DNA of 64,000 nt. Source: a virus. Under the pieces are notes generated by a model. The model saw nothing but the letters and a program-made list of their open reading frames with translations, was not told the DNA's origin and ran no database searches. Both the position numbers and the translations under genes were made by a program. This document shows, piece after piece, positions 1 through 9,926 of this stretch. Position 1 is the first letter of the stretch; each line of letters opens with the position of its first letter. The stretch lies in the UHGV virus genome UHGV-0171787; one strand, 5' to 3'.

Positions 1-1
1 T

Positions 2-1960
2 TCTGATGCTGCTGATGTAGCAACTAAACTAGTTAACCAAATTCTTCTGCGTGATAATCCGGGATATAATATTATCTCTTCTGCTGCACAAGAATGTCTG
101 GTTACTCGTAACTCTTTTATCAAATATTATTGGGATGAGCAAACTTCTACTCAAACTGAAGAGGCTGAAGGTGTACCACCGGAAGCATTGGCTGCATATG
201 TTCAGGGATTAGAAGCTGGTGGACTCAAGAATCTGGAAATCTTCACTGAAGAAAATGAAGATGGTACAGTAGATGTTAAAGTTACTTACGAACAAACTGT
301 TAAACGTGTGAAAGTTGAATATGTTCCTTCAGAGCAAATCTTTGTTGATGAACATGCTACCTCTTTTGCAGATGCACAATACTTCTGTCATCGTGTACGT
401 CGTTCTAAAGAAGATCTGGTTGCTATGGGCTTCCCTAAAGATGAGATTGAAGCATTCAACGACTGGACAGATACGATGGATACCACTCAATCTACAGTTG
501 CTTGGTCTCGTACTGACTGGCGTCAGGATATTGATGCTGATATTGGCACAGATACCGAAGATATTGCTTCTATGGTTTGGGTTTATGAGCACTACATTCG
601 TACAGGTGTTCTAGATAAGAATAAAGAGTCTAAACTCTATCAGGTTATTCAAGCTGGTGAGCATATCCTTCACACTGAAGAAGTAACTCACATTCCGTTT
701 GTAACCTTCTGCCCATATCCTATTCCGGGTTCCTTCTATGGTCAATCGGTCTATGACATTACGAAAGATATTCAAGATTTACGTACCGCGTTAGTTCGTG
801 GTTATATCGATAACGTCAACAATGCTAACTATGGTCGATACAAAGCTCTTGTTGGTGCATATGATCGTCGCTCTCTGCTTGATAACCGTCCCGGTGGAGT
901 GGTTGAAATGGAACGTCAGGACGCTATTGACCTGTTCCCATACCATAACCTACCTCAAGGTATTGATGGCCTCCTAGGTATGTCTGAGGAGCTTAAAGAG
1001 ACACGTACAGGTGTAACCAAACTAGGTATGGGTATCAACCCTGATGTGTTTAAGAATGATAACGCTTATGCAACCGTAGGCTTGATGATGAATGCTGCAC
1101 AGAACCGTCTCCGTATGGTATGTCGTAACATTGCTCACAATGGTATGGTTGAATTGATGCGTGGTATTTACAGCCTTATCAGAGAAAATGGTGAAGTTCC
1201 TATCGAGGTACAAACCCCTCGTGGTATGGTTCAGGTTAATCCGAAACAATTACCAGCTCGTCACAATCTTCAAGTTGTTGTAGCTATCTCCCCTAATGAG
1301 AAAGCAGAACGTGCACAGAAACTGATTAGCTTGAAACAGCTGATTGCAGCAGATGCACAGTTAGCACCTCTCTTTGGTTTGGAGCAAGACCGTTACATGA
1401 CTGCACAGATCTTTGAGTTGATGGGTATTAAAGATACACATAAATACCTTCTGCCTCTGGAACAATATCAGCCTCCAGAACCTTCTCCGATGGAAATCCT
1501 CCAGCTCGAGATGACTAAAGCACAGGTTGAGAACGTACAGGCTTCTTCTCAGAAGATGATTGCTGATGCATTCGACCAACGTGAACGTACTACATTCGAA
1601 CAGCAGAAAGCTGCGGATGAATTAAGTCTGCGTCAGGAAGAGTTGCAGTTCAAGCAAGAAAATGCAGCAGATGCAATGACTCTGGAAAACCGTAAAGAAG
1701 ATAACAATGCTACTCTGGAACAAGCTAAGCACAAGTTAGCTCTTATGCAACAGCAGGTCCGTCAGTATGAATCTGTACTAAAAGAGTTGCAGATGGTTAT
1801 GTCTCATCAGGTTGACCAAGAGAAGCTTAATGAACAATCACGCATTCAAAACAAGACTTTGGAACTCCAAAAGAAAGAAGCTAATGTAACTAAGAAAGAG
1901 CAACAAACTTCTCTCAAAGATTCACGGATTCAAGGCAAACGTCTTGGAAGTAAAAAGTAA
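2..1960 (+). CDS. portal protein (5' end lies outside the window)
   Basis: The reading frame is open from position 2 into the listed ORF 188..1960. Large protein directly upstream of scaffold and capsid genes, with a long Q/E-rich helical C-terminal region as in podovirus portals. Confidence 0.7.
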   Translation, partial: SDAADVATKLVNQILLRDNPGYNIISSAAQECLVTRNSFIKYYWDEQTSTQTEEAEGVPPEALAAYVQGLEAGGLKNLEIFTEENEDGTVDVKVTYEQTVKRVKVEYVPSEQIFVDEHATSFADAQYFCHRVRRSKEDLVAMGFPKDEIEAFNDWTDTMDTTQSTVAWSRTDWRQDIDADIGTDTEDIASMVWVYEHYIRTGVLDKNKESKLYQVIQAGEHILHTEEVTHIPFVTFCPYPIPGSFYGQSVYDITKDIQDLRTALVRGYIDNVNNANYGRYKALVGAYDRRSLLDNRPGGVVEMERQDAIDLFPYHNLPQGIDGLLGMSEELKETRTGVTKLGMGINPDVFKNDNAYATVGLMMNAAQNRLRMVCRNIAHNGMVELMRGIYSLIRENGEVPIEVQTPRGMVQVNPKQLPARHNLQVVVAISPNEKAERAQKLISLKQLIAADAQLAPLFGLEQDRYMTAQIFELMGIKDTHKYLLPLEQYQPPEPSPMEILQLEMTKAQVENVQASSQKMIADAFDQRERTTFEQQKAADELSLRQEELQFKQENAADAMTLENRKEDNNATLEQAKHKLALMQQQVRQYESVLKELQMVMSHQVDQEKLNEQSRIQNKTLELQKKEANVTKKEQQTSLKDSRIQGKRLGSKK

Positions 1961-1969
1961 GGACGTCGA

Positions 1970-2206
1970 ATGAACATTAGGCATCAATTCAATAAAGAGC
2001 ACGCCGCCGCTTTGGCGGCTCTCAATCTTAACGGCAGTCTTGACGCAGCATTAGAGGCATTGAAAGAAAGACTCATGACCGAGATAGTTCAAACTGAACC
2101 TCATGAGAATAAGAAACGCGAAGATTGTTATCAAAAGTATAAAATGGTGGGTAGCTTAAAAGAGGTCATAAAAGCTGCTATCAATAGTGCAGGAGATGTT
2201 TCATAA
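1970..2206 (+). CDS. hypothetical small protein between portal and scaffold
   Basis: 78-aa ORF, same strand, tightly packed; its stop overlaps the next start. Confidence 0.45.
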   Translation: MNIRHQFNKEHAAALAALNLNGSLDAALEALKERLMTEIVQTEPHENKKREDCYQKYKMVGSLKEVIKAAINSAGDVS

Positions 2207-3282
2207 TGCCACAAGATAATTATATTGACCCGAACGATTTTAAATCTTTCCTCCAACTGGATGACCTGAAAGGTTCTTTCAAAGAAGAACTCGGTCGATT
2301 AGAATCTGAACAAGAGCCAGAAGTGGACATTGACGATGAGTTCCCGGAAAAAGACGGTGACGATTTCGACTTTGATACCGACCTTCTCGGTGAAAGCGAT
2401 GAGCTTAAGTTCGAAGATGAAGATGGTTGGGAAGATCATGATGAGGAAGGCGAAGTCGAAGAAGATGAAGATGAATCCTCTGAAGCAGAAGAGCAAGAGG
2501 AAGAAGATTCAAGTGATGCAGGGTATGAAGATGATTCTGCTGACGGTGAAGGTGAAGTCTTTGATGTAGACTACGAAACCGTTATCACCCTTCCTGATGG
2601 ACGTGAGATGACTATTGAAGAACTTTCTAATGGCTATCTTACTGGTGCTGATATGACAGAACGAGAATCAACTCTTCAGCGTCATATGGAAGCATTTGAG
2701 GAACGTGTAGTAGGTTTGAAGGATGTATTAGAATTAGCGTCTTTAGAAGCAGACCGAGTAATTGAAGATTACAATGGTTTTGATTGGGACAAGCTTGCAG
2801 TAGAAGATCCTCAAGCATATGTTGAAAACAAACGTTTCCTAGAGAAGTACACAGCTCGTCGTAACCAGCTTGAACAGGCTCAAGTCCGTATTAAGCAGGA
2901 AGCAGCAGCTAAAGAGCAGGAAGCTTTCCAAGCCAAGAGTGTTGAGTGCGTTAATATTCTGAAACGTGAGATTCCAAATTGGGATGAAAACTTATATCAA
3001 AACTTAATGCAATATGCAATTGACTTAGGTGCTACTGAAGAAGAAATATTGAAGGAAAACCGTCCGTCTATTTTCCTAGCTCTCCACAAAGCATACCAAT
3101 TTGATAAAGGTAAGCAGCAGGTGATGGCTAAGATTAAACGTCCCGGTGCTCCACGCAAGGTTGTGAAGTCTGATGCTGCAAAGTCTCGTACTTCCAATAA
3201 GCCCGACAACGCTAAGGTTGCCAAGGCATTCGCAGAGGGTCGCGTTAGTCACGAAGACGCATTCAAATTCCTCGTAGATTAA
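2206..3282 (+). CDS. putative scaffolding protein
   Basis: 358 aa with a very acidic D/E-rich N-terminal half and a helical C-terminal half; sits between portal and major capsid genes. Confidence 0.55.
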   Translation: MPQDNYIDPNDFKSFLQLDDLKGSFKEELGRLESEQEPEVDIDDEFPEKDGDDFDFDTDLLGESDELKFEDEDGWEDHDEEGEVEEDEDESSEAEEQEEEDSSDAGYEDDSADGEGEVFDVDYETVITLPDGREMTIEELSNGYLTGADMTERESTLQRHMEAFEERVVGLKDVLELASLEADRVIEDYNGFDWDKLAVEDPQAYVENKRFLEKYTARRNQLEQAQVRIKQEAAAKEQEAFQAKSVECVNILKREIPNWDENLYQNLMQYAIDLGATEEEILKENRPSIFLALHKAYQFDKGKQQVMAKIKRPGAPRKVVKSDAAKSRTSNKPDNAKVAKAFAEGRVSHEDAFKFLVD

Positions 3283-3322
3283 TCGACAAATTAATTATTA
3301 ATAGTATAGGAGCTAATATAAC

Positions 3323-4384
3323 ATGGCTAGTCCAACTTTATTTGTATCGTATGACCAGAATGGTAAAAAACTTTCTTTTGCTAACTGGATTTCTGTTCTG
3401 TCCCCTCAGGATACCCCGTTCGTATCTATGACCGGTAAAGAGTCTATCAACCAGACTATCTTTAGCTGGCAGACCGATGCACTGGCAAGCGTTGACGGTA
3501 ATAACGCACACGTCGAAGGCTCTCGTGCTGAAGACGGCGAAATGAAACCGACTGTTATCAAATCTAACGTTACTCAGATTCTGCGTAAGGTTGTTCGTGT
3601 TTCTGATACTGCTAACACCACCGCTAACTACGGTCGTGGTCGTGAACTGATGTATCAGCTGGAGAAGAAAGGTAAAGAGATCAAGCGTGACCTCGAGAAA
3701 ATCCTTCTGTCCGGTCAGGCTCGTACCGACGTTCTGGCTGACCAGTACCTGACTAACTCTGCAACTGATCCTGCTGTTGTTGGTCTGAATGACACCCATA
3801 CAGCTCGTAAGACTGGTGCATTCCAGTTCCTGTGTGCTCACGGTGGTCTGGCTGGTGGTGTTGTTGACAAGACCAAGAATGGTCCTGCTGACCCGGATAC
3901 TGGTGCAATCACTGTTAAAGTTGCACAGAATGCTTCTAACCCGACCACTAACATTGGTTTCGACGAAGCTGATATCTTTGATATGACTCTGCAACTGTAT
4001 ACCGCTGGTTCTGAAGCAGATATCATCATGATTAACCCGGCTCATGCTAAGATCTTCGCTGGTCTGCAAGAAAATACTCAGGGTTCACGTAAGCGTATCT
4101 TTGAGAACACCAAGCAGTTCATCTACGAAGTTAACAGCATCACTGACCCGCTGGGCCAGAGCTACAAAATCATCGTTAACCGTTGGATGCCTACCGATGC
4201 AGTTTACTTCTTCCGTAGCGCTGACTGGACTCAGATGGTTCTGCGTGCTCCGAAACGTACTGAACTGGCTAAAGATGGTTCTTATGAGAAATGGATGATT
4301 GAAATGGAAGTTGGTCTGCGTCACCGCAACCCGTATGCTTCCGGCGTTCTGTTCACTGCTGCGGGAAAGGTAGCGGCGGCGTAA
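3323..4384 (+). CDS. major capsid protein (zero-frame product)
   Basis: 353-aa ORF after the scaffold gene with a good RBS context (aggagctaatataacATG); canonical capsid position. Confidence 0.75.
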   Translation: MASPTLFVSYDQNGKKLSFANWISVLSPQDTPFVSMTGKESINQTIFSWQTDALASVDGNNAHVEGSRAEDGEMKPTVIKSNVTQILRKVVRVSDTANTTANYGRGRELMYQLEKKGKEIKRDLEKILLSGQARTDVLADQYLTNSATDPAVVGLNDTHTARKTGAFQFLCAHGGLAGGVVDKTKNGPADPDTGAITVKVAQNASNPTTNIGFDEADIFDMTLQLYTAGSEADIIMINPAHAKIFAGLQENTQGSRKRIFENTKQFIYEVNSITDPLGQSYKIIVNRWMPTDAVYFFRSADWTQMVLRAPKRTELAKDGSYEKWMIEMEVGLRHRNPYASGVLFTAAGKVAAA

Positions 4385-5487
4385 CAGTAGATTCCGTAAC
4401 TGTTAGTCCTTCGTCGGTTGCAAGCCTTCCGACGGGGGCTACTCAGCAGTTTACAGCTACAGCAGAAATGAGTGACGGCTCCACAAGCACAACTGGATTT
4501 AATTGGTCCGTTGAAGGCGGTGGGGCTATTTCTGTTTCTGGGCTATACACTGCACCGAGTGCGTCGCAAGAAACCCCAGCAATTATTACGGCAACGAAGT
4601 CATCCAAGAAAGGGACGGCTACTGTTAATTCTATCTACGAACCAGCGACTATTGTATCAAAAGGTCCTATTACTGGTAAGATTGGTGGCAGCACTACAGC
4701 ATTCACCACAATGTTTACAGCAACCAACTCAGCATTCTCTGATTATGAGTTTGAAATCACTCCTCCGTCAGCAGGTTCTTTTAACCTGTCGGGTGTATTT
4801 GGTTTAGATGACAATGCATCTGGAACAGTGACTGTAAAAGCAACGCATAAAACTCAAACCTCAGTTACTGCAACAGGGACAATCAGTGGTGTAATTCCTA
4901 AAGCTACTATCACAGGTAAGTCTCTTACCGGTAAGGTTGGTGGTGATGTGATTCCTTTTACTGACATGTTTACTAGTAACAAACCAGCATCGGAATTTAC
5001 TTACGCACTGACTCCTGATGGTGAAGTTGGTTCAATCAACACTACTACTGGTGCACTGACTTTAGCACTGGCTCCTACAGATGAACTTATGAGTGTTAAA
5101 GCAACCCATAAAACACAAACTTCTGTAACAGCTACTGCTACAATTACAGCAACACCGAAGTTGACAGGTCTTGTCCTTTCTTCTGTGACTAACACCACGG
5201 TTACTGGAAGCCCTGCGGTTCCGGCTGAATCTGATACAATTACTATCACTGATTCAGGTGTTGCAGGTGTTGCTCGTGTAGATGGGGTTCCTCAAGGAGC
5301 TTTAACTGGAGCTTTGGCCTATGATGTAGAAGGTACAGATTCTTCATTGATGACAGTGGATTTAACCAGCAATGTGTTAACTATCACCCTGTCAGCACCG
5401 ATTACCAGTGAAGATACAAAAATTACCATCCGAACTAATCCGGGTTCTGATGTTTTCCGTACTTATATTGTTAAATCTGGTGCATAA
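3323..5487 (+). CDS. capsid / Ig-like (Big_2-type) fusion protein made by -1 frameshift at 4363-4369
   Basis: The -1 frame reads ...GKGSGGVTVDSVTVSPSSVASLPTGATQQFTATAEMSDG... straight across the capsid stop. The Ig-domain sequence begins before the ATG at 4468, so the listed ORF 4468..5487 is a truncated view of this extension. Confidence 0.55.
4363..4369 (+). other. candidate -1 programmed ribosomal frameshift site (G GGA AAG)
   Basis: X XXY YYZ heptamer in the capsid frame, five codons before the capsid stop. The -1 frame is open from 4303 and encodes Big_2-like Ig domains through 5487. Inverted repeats follow at about 4382-4404 and 4414-4436. Confidence 0.6.
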
Positions 5488-5493
5488 GAATAA

Positions 5494-5524
5494 AGCCGCC
5501 TTCGGGTGGCTTTTCTTGTTTTAA
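5494..5524 (+). terminator. rho-independent terminator after the capsid/Ig gene
   Basis: AGCCGCC-UUCG-GGUGGCU hairpin followed by a T-run. Confidence 0.6.
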
Positions 5525-5586
5525 GACCTATACAAGTCAGTGTGTAATGTATATTCTTTGTCTACATATAACAAGGAGGACAACCT

Positions 5587-6339
5587 ATGGCAATGCCAGA
5601 TGTGGCCTATCCGATTAACACGTATGGCTGGCTTAAGAAAGCTGTTGCCTTGTGGGCCGATCGGGACGATGATGAATTTGTCAATCAAATTCCAAACTTT
5701 ATTAACTTTGCAGAGAAAGAGATCTATCGTAACTTACGTATTCCTCCTCTGGAAAAAGAAGTGTATTTAGATATCAAAGATGGAGTGGCTTATATTCCTC
5801 CTGATTACTTAGAAGCTCAATGGATGATGAGAGCCAAAGATGGTGCAATCTTCCAAGTAACATCTCCTGAAGAGATTAGCTATCGTAGACAGCATGGAAC
5901 AATTAATCCATCTCACTGGAATAACCAACCTGTTAACTTTGCTCGTTTCGGGAGTCGTTTCATTTTCTACCCTAGTATTGAAGCAGATACTCCATACTAC
6001 CCTGATGATGGAAGCCCTTTGATTCCAGCAGAAAACTCAGTAATTCTTAGTTATTATGCAGATCCACCGGAATTCCACGAAGATACAGATACCAGCGCTA
6101 TTCTTACTATAGCACCAGAACTTCTTCTGTATTTTACCCTACGTCATGCTTGTCTGTTTGTTCAAGATGATAACGGTGTTCAGAAATGGTCAGCATTAGG
6201 AAAAGCTATCCTTGATGAAATGGTAGAGCAGAACAAGAAACAAGAGTACTCAGGTTCACCTATCGCAATTCCGAATAACATGACTCGACTTCAGAGCAGC
6301 TTGCCTGATATTTATGGTATTCGCACTTCACGTGTATAA
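5587..6339 (+). CDS. virion structural protein (function unassigned)
   Basis: 250-aa ORF with an RBS (aaggagga) immediately downstream of the capsid module. Confidence 0.5.
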   Translation: MAMPDVAYPINTYGWLKKAVALWADRDDDEFVNQIPNFINFAEKEIYRNLRIPPLEKEVYLDIKDGVAYIPPDYLEAQWMMRAKDGAIFQVTSPEEISYRRQHGTINPSHWNNQPVNFARFGSRFIFYPSIEADTPYYPDDGSPLIPAENSVILSYYADPPEFHEDTDTSAILTIAPELLLYFTLRHACLFVQDDNGVQKWSALGKAILDEMVEQNKKQEYSGSPIAIPNNMTRLQSSLPDIYGIRTSRV

Positions 6340-6348
6340 GGAGAAAAC

Positions 6349-9081
6349 ATGATTAGTTACAACAATTCAGCACCTAAAGCGGTAAATAATGTAGGGCAAT
6401 TCGGTGCTACAGAAGGGTCCATTGGTGCATATAAATCAGCAGCTGAGTATGCGTCTGATGCTAAATACTGGGCACTTCTATCCCAAACTAAATACTCTTC
6501 AGTAGAGGATATTCTGGCTGAAGTAGAACGCCTGTATGCTCAAGGTTATCTACTGGAAGAAGATATTAAACAGCTTAAGAGTGACTTTGAGTCACAAGAG
6601 CAAGTGCTCTTAGGCTTGATTCAATCCACAGGAACTGCAATTGACAACACTAATGCAGCAACTGAACTTTCAAAAGAGGCAACTCAAAATGTTCTAGCAC
6701 AACTTGACATTATCTCTAATATGACAGTTCAAACAACGCTACTCCCTCCCGGAAGTTTAGCAACTGGATCTTATGACAACTTAACTGGAGAGTTTTCTTT
6801 TGGTATTCCAGAAGGTAAACCGGGCCGTGATGGGACAGATGGTACGATTTCTGATATCGGCAGTGTTCCTATTGGTACCCCTGTTACTGATGACTTCGGT
6901 TTCTATGTAGATCAGGATGATGGTGGTTTATACCGAGCCAATATGTCTGATATTGCCAACCTAGTGCCTTCTATCCGATCTATCTCTATCAACGGCGGTG
7001 CAGAGCAGACGGGTACTGTATCTTTTAACTCTGTATCTAGTTTTAACACTCGTACCGGAGATGTTGTATCACAAACTGGTGATTATGAAGTAAGTCAAAT
7101 CACAGGGGCGGCTGCTAGTGGTGATAATTCAGATATTACATCCCTTTCTGGCCTTACTACAGCAATATCTGTTTCACAGGGTGGTACAGGGGCTACATCT
7201 GCTGAGAATGCTCGAGTAAATCTTGGACTCGGTTCAGTGTCTGTGGAAAATGTAACCCCTTTAACTAAAGGAGGTACAGGAGCTACTACACCTTCTGGTG
7301 CACGTAGTAATCTTGGCTTAGGTTTAGTTTCAACTGAATCTATCGTGCCAATCACTAAAGGTGGTACAGGGGCTACATCTGCTGAGAATGCTCGATTGGC
7401 ATTGGTTGCAGCTAAAAGCGGTGCTAACTCAGATATTACATCAATGACAAATAGCGTCACTTTTACCCAGCCAATATCTATTGCCGATGGGGTAAGTGCT
7501 ACAAACGCTGTGAACCTCGGTCAAATTTCCTCAAATCAAGGGGCTTCTTTAATTGGTGTTAAGCAACCCTTTACAAACACAGTAGCTCGGACACAATACG
7601 ACAAGAATGCGGAGATGATATCCATTCGTGACTTCCATCAGAGCACTGACCCTGACTGGACGCTTGCGTTTAATCGTGCGTCAACAGTATCTGCACAGCA
7701 GGGGAAAATTATATTCGTACCTGCCGGTGAGTACAAAATATCAGATTCTATCCTTCTCTATGATTCGGAAGATGTTTACAACGAGAAATATTATCAGCCA
7801 CCAGGGAGCCGATTTGTCGGGGAGGGCCGCGCATCTATTATTCGCAAGACAGCGGTAGGGACTCAGGACATTAACGCTGTTTTCTACAACAAAGGTAAGC
7901 GCGGTAATGTTGTCCGTGGACTGCGCATTCTGGATGAGACAACGGATAGTTACGGGTATTACACACCCAATACAGCTGTATACCAGGAATTTAGCGATCT
8001 GTTTATCCTGGCACAAAAATGGGGAATGTATTTTGGAGGTAATACCTTTGTTGGTGTTTCCCTCCGCGAAATCGTTGTCCAAGGTTCAAACGCTACGGGT
8101 ATATATGGTGGTATTCATATCCATGGCGGGACGAGCTACGTAGTATCTCAATGTAATGTGTTTAAAGCGAACTACTGTTCCTTTGAGTTGACTGGCTCAT
8201 ACTGCGAAGTGGGACCATTAGCATCTGATGATTGCACTGGGACTCCGTATATTTTTAACGCAGGCTCGTACAGCGTTTCATCTTTAGGCTGTGAGCAGCC
8301 TTCGCGCCAGAACAGTGGAACAATTATTAAGGGAACCGGGGCTAACTTGCAGATAGACAATATACATCTGTATGACCAAACGCAGATTGCCGGTAGCTAC
8401 ATGTTTGACCTATCCGGCTATGCGAAAGTAAGTATTAAGCAACTAATCACCAGCTCAACCACTACTTTCAATGGTGCGATGGCCCGTTTAAACAACGGTG
8501 CTAAGTTAGAAATCGTGTACAGCAATAAGGTTGAAACGTCGTGGCCTCAAAGGAATTCTTATGACACAACAACAACAACTTTCGCTACGTTAGGAAGTCT
8601 TGGTGGTGTGGCAACCATCCCGACATTCGGAACTACTATGTGCCGAGATATAGCTCTACCAAATCCGAACCAGGAGAATGGTCCCTACTATCGTATTGTT
8701 GGTGGTCAATATGGAACTCGTGGTTGTATTGGAACTATATTCACTCTACGTAGTGGTACTGGTATGACTCCTATCGCAGGTGCTTATAATCTTAACACAG
8801 TAAGCAGTAACACTGCTACGAACGCAAAATTAGTTAAAGCTGCTCATTGCGACACTGAAGCCCTCAAAGACTATGATAAATGGTTCACTGGTACGTACGA
8901 AGGGACGTCTTATCTATTTATCCGTATGCCTATTGAAGGCGGGGATCGCAACCTCGGGACATTCTTCTCTGGTGTTGTTTTTGGACAAGATCGAAATATG
9001 TTCAAAACCTTGTTAGGGAGTGAGATCTCCGGACTAACTGAATATTCGTCGGGTAGTATTCTTACCGCGCAGGCAACTTAA
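6349..9081 (+). CDS. tail fiber / tailspike protein with fiber-repeat region
   Basis: 910 aa with three tandem copies of a (T/S)(K/Q)GGTGATSAENAR.NLGLG-type fiber motif; the C-terminal part looks like a beta-helix-type domain by composition only. Confidence 0.55.
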   Translation: MISYNNSAPKAVNNVGQFGATEGSIGAYKSAAEYASDAKYWALLSQTKYSSVEDILAEVERLYAQGYLLEEDIKQLKSDFESQEQVLLGLIQSTGTAIDNTNAATELSKEATQNVLAQLDIISNMTVQTTLLPPGSLATGSYDNLTGEFSFGIPEGKPGRDGTDGTISDIGSVPIGTPVTDDFGFYVDQDDGGLYRANMSDIANLVPSIRSISINGGAEQTGTVSFNSVSSFNTRTGDVVSQTGDYEVSQITGAAASGDNSDITSLSGLTTAISVSQGGTGATSAENARVNLGLGSVSVENVTPLTKGGTGATTPSGARSNLGLGLVSTESIVPITKGGTGATSAENARLALVAAKSGANSDITSMTNSVTFTQPISIADGVSATNAVNLGQISSNQGASLIGVKQPFTNTVARTQYDKNAEMISIRDFHQSTDPDWTLAFNRASTVSAQQGKIIFVPAGEYKISDSILLYDSEDVYNEKYYQPPGSRFVGEGRASIIRKTAVGTQDINAVFYNKGKRGNVVRGLRILDETTDSYGYYTPNTAVYQEFSDLFILAQKWGMYFGGNTFVGVSLREIVVQGSNATGIYGGIHIHGGTSYVVSQCNVFKANYCSFELTGSYCEVGPLASDDCTGTPYIFNAGSYSVSSLGCEQPSRQNSGTIIKGTGANLQIDNIHLYDQTQIAGSYMFDLSGYAKVSIKQLITSSTTTFNGAMARLNNGAKLEIVYSNKVETSWPQRNSYDTTTTTFATLGSLGGVATIPTFGTTMCRDIALPNPNQENGPYYRIVGGQYGTRGCIGTIFTLRSGTGMTPIAGAYNLNTVSSNTATNAKLVKAAHCDTEALKDYDKWFTGTYEGTSYLFIRMPIEGGDRNLGTFFSGVVFGQDRNMFKTLLGSEISGLTEYSSGSILTAQAT
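7180..7395 (+). repeat. 36-bp perfect direct repeat (two copies) inside the tail fiber gene
   Basis: ggtggtacaggggctacatctgctgagaatgctcga occurs at 7180-7215 and 7360-7395, encoding the repeated fiber motif. Confidence 0.8.
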
Positions 9082-9085
9082 AAAT

Positions 9086-9110
9086 AAGGCCCTGTTTGGG
9101 GCCTTTTAGC
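9086..9110 (+). terminator. rho-independent terminator after the tail fiber gene
   Basis: GGCCC-UGUUU-GGGGCC hairpin plus T-run. Confidence 0.55.
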
Positions 9111-9176
9111 AGTATCACACTGCGATAAGTAATGAATATACTATACTTAAGAGGTTAAATAATAGGAGGATGATAG

Positions 9177-9395
9177 ATGAAAATAATGAAACAAGTTACA
9201 TACGGATTAGCGTGTCTAAGCACCGGGTTTGTGATTTCAACCGCACTTCCAGTAACAGCAGGACACTCTCTGATTACTACCTCTGCACCAGCAGAGAAGC
9301 TTAGCTCTCATTGTAAGCAACGTACTATACAAAATAACCTCGTTGTTATCTGCCCTGATGCTGAATCTAACGCCCTGAGAAAGATGCTACCTTAA
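9177..9395 (+). CDS. small exported or membrane protein upstream of the endolysin (holin candidate, weak)
   Basis: 72 aa with an N-terminal hydrophobic segment and RBS aggagga; adjacent to the lysozyme gene. Confidence 0.35.
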   Translation: MKIMKQVTYGLACLSTGFVISTALPVTAGHSLITTSAPAEKLSSHCKQRTIQNNLVVICPDAESNALRKMLP

Positions 9396-9422
9396 TAAAG
9401 GGACTACAAAAGGAGGTTAGAA

Positions 9423-9914
9423 ATGGATAACGTCGCATTGCCACCTGTACATTTAAACTTAAGCCCAGCTGGAATGGAATTCATCATGAAGCATGAGGGT
9501 ATGAGAACTAAGGCTTATAAGGATTCCGCAGGTATCTGGACGATATGTGTAGGGGCTACGCGCGATATGAATGGTTATCCGGTTAGGCAAGGATTAACAT
9601 ATTCTATAGAGGATTGTCTAGCTCTGCTAGATAGAGACACACAAGACTCTGTTCGTGCTACTCAGAAAAACATAAAGGTTCCTTTGCTTGTTCATGAGTT
9701 CGATGCACTCACCTCTTTCAACTTCAATGTTGGCAGTGGGGCTTTGAGCACATCTAAGCTGAGGAAGGTTATCAATGGAGAAGTCAAAGGTGATATTTAT
9801 TCCGAATTTCTTCGTTGGGATAAAATCACGGTTAAAGGAGAGAAACGGAGAAGTCCGGGTCTTCATAACAGAAGGGTTGCAGAAGCTGATCTTTATACAG
9901 AAGCTAAATATTAA
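9423..9914 (+). CDS. endolysin, GH24 lysozyme (T4 e / lambda R / P22 gp19 type)
   Basis: Motifs EG.R.KAYKDS.GIWTI.VG, then FDALTSFNFNVG, then RR..E.DLY match GH24 muramidases. Confidence 0.8.
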   Translation: MDNVALPPVHLNLSPAGMEFIMKHEGMRTKAYKDSAGIWTICVGATRDMNGYPVRQGLTYSIEDCLALLDRDTQDSVRATQKNIKVPLLVHEFDALTSFNFNVGSGALSTSKLRKVINGEVKGDIYSEFLRWDKITVKGEKRRSPGLHNRRVAEADLYTEAKY

Positions 9915-9926
9915 TGGAGGTGCCTC

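Noticed and set aside
315-614. Short ORFs on both strands inside the portal gene (315..614 plus, 329..592 minus)
   Set aside because: Embedded in the portal coding region in alternative frames; hydrophobic or low-complexity products typical of spurious ORFs.
3338-4069. 243-aa antisense ORF inside the major capsid gene
   Set aside because: Entirely antisense to a confident capsid gene, with no RBS and no recognisable motifs.
4472-4807. 111-aa ORF in the capsid frame just after the capsid stop
   Set aside because: Low-complexity basic product; the Big_2 Ig-like signal is in the other frame, so this is an overlapping spurious ORF.
7095-7460. 121-aa antisense ORF inside the tail fiber repeat region
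   Set aside because: Antisense to the fiber repeats and itself repetitive as a mirror of the repeat.
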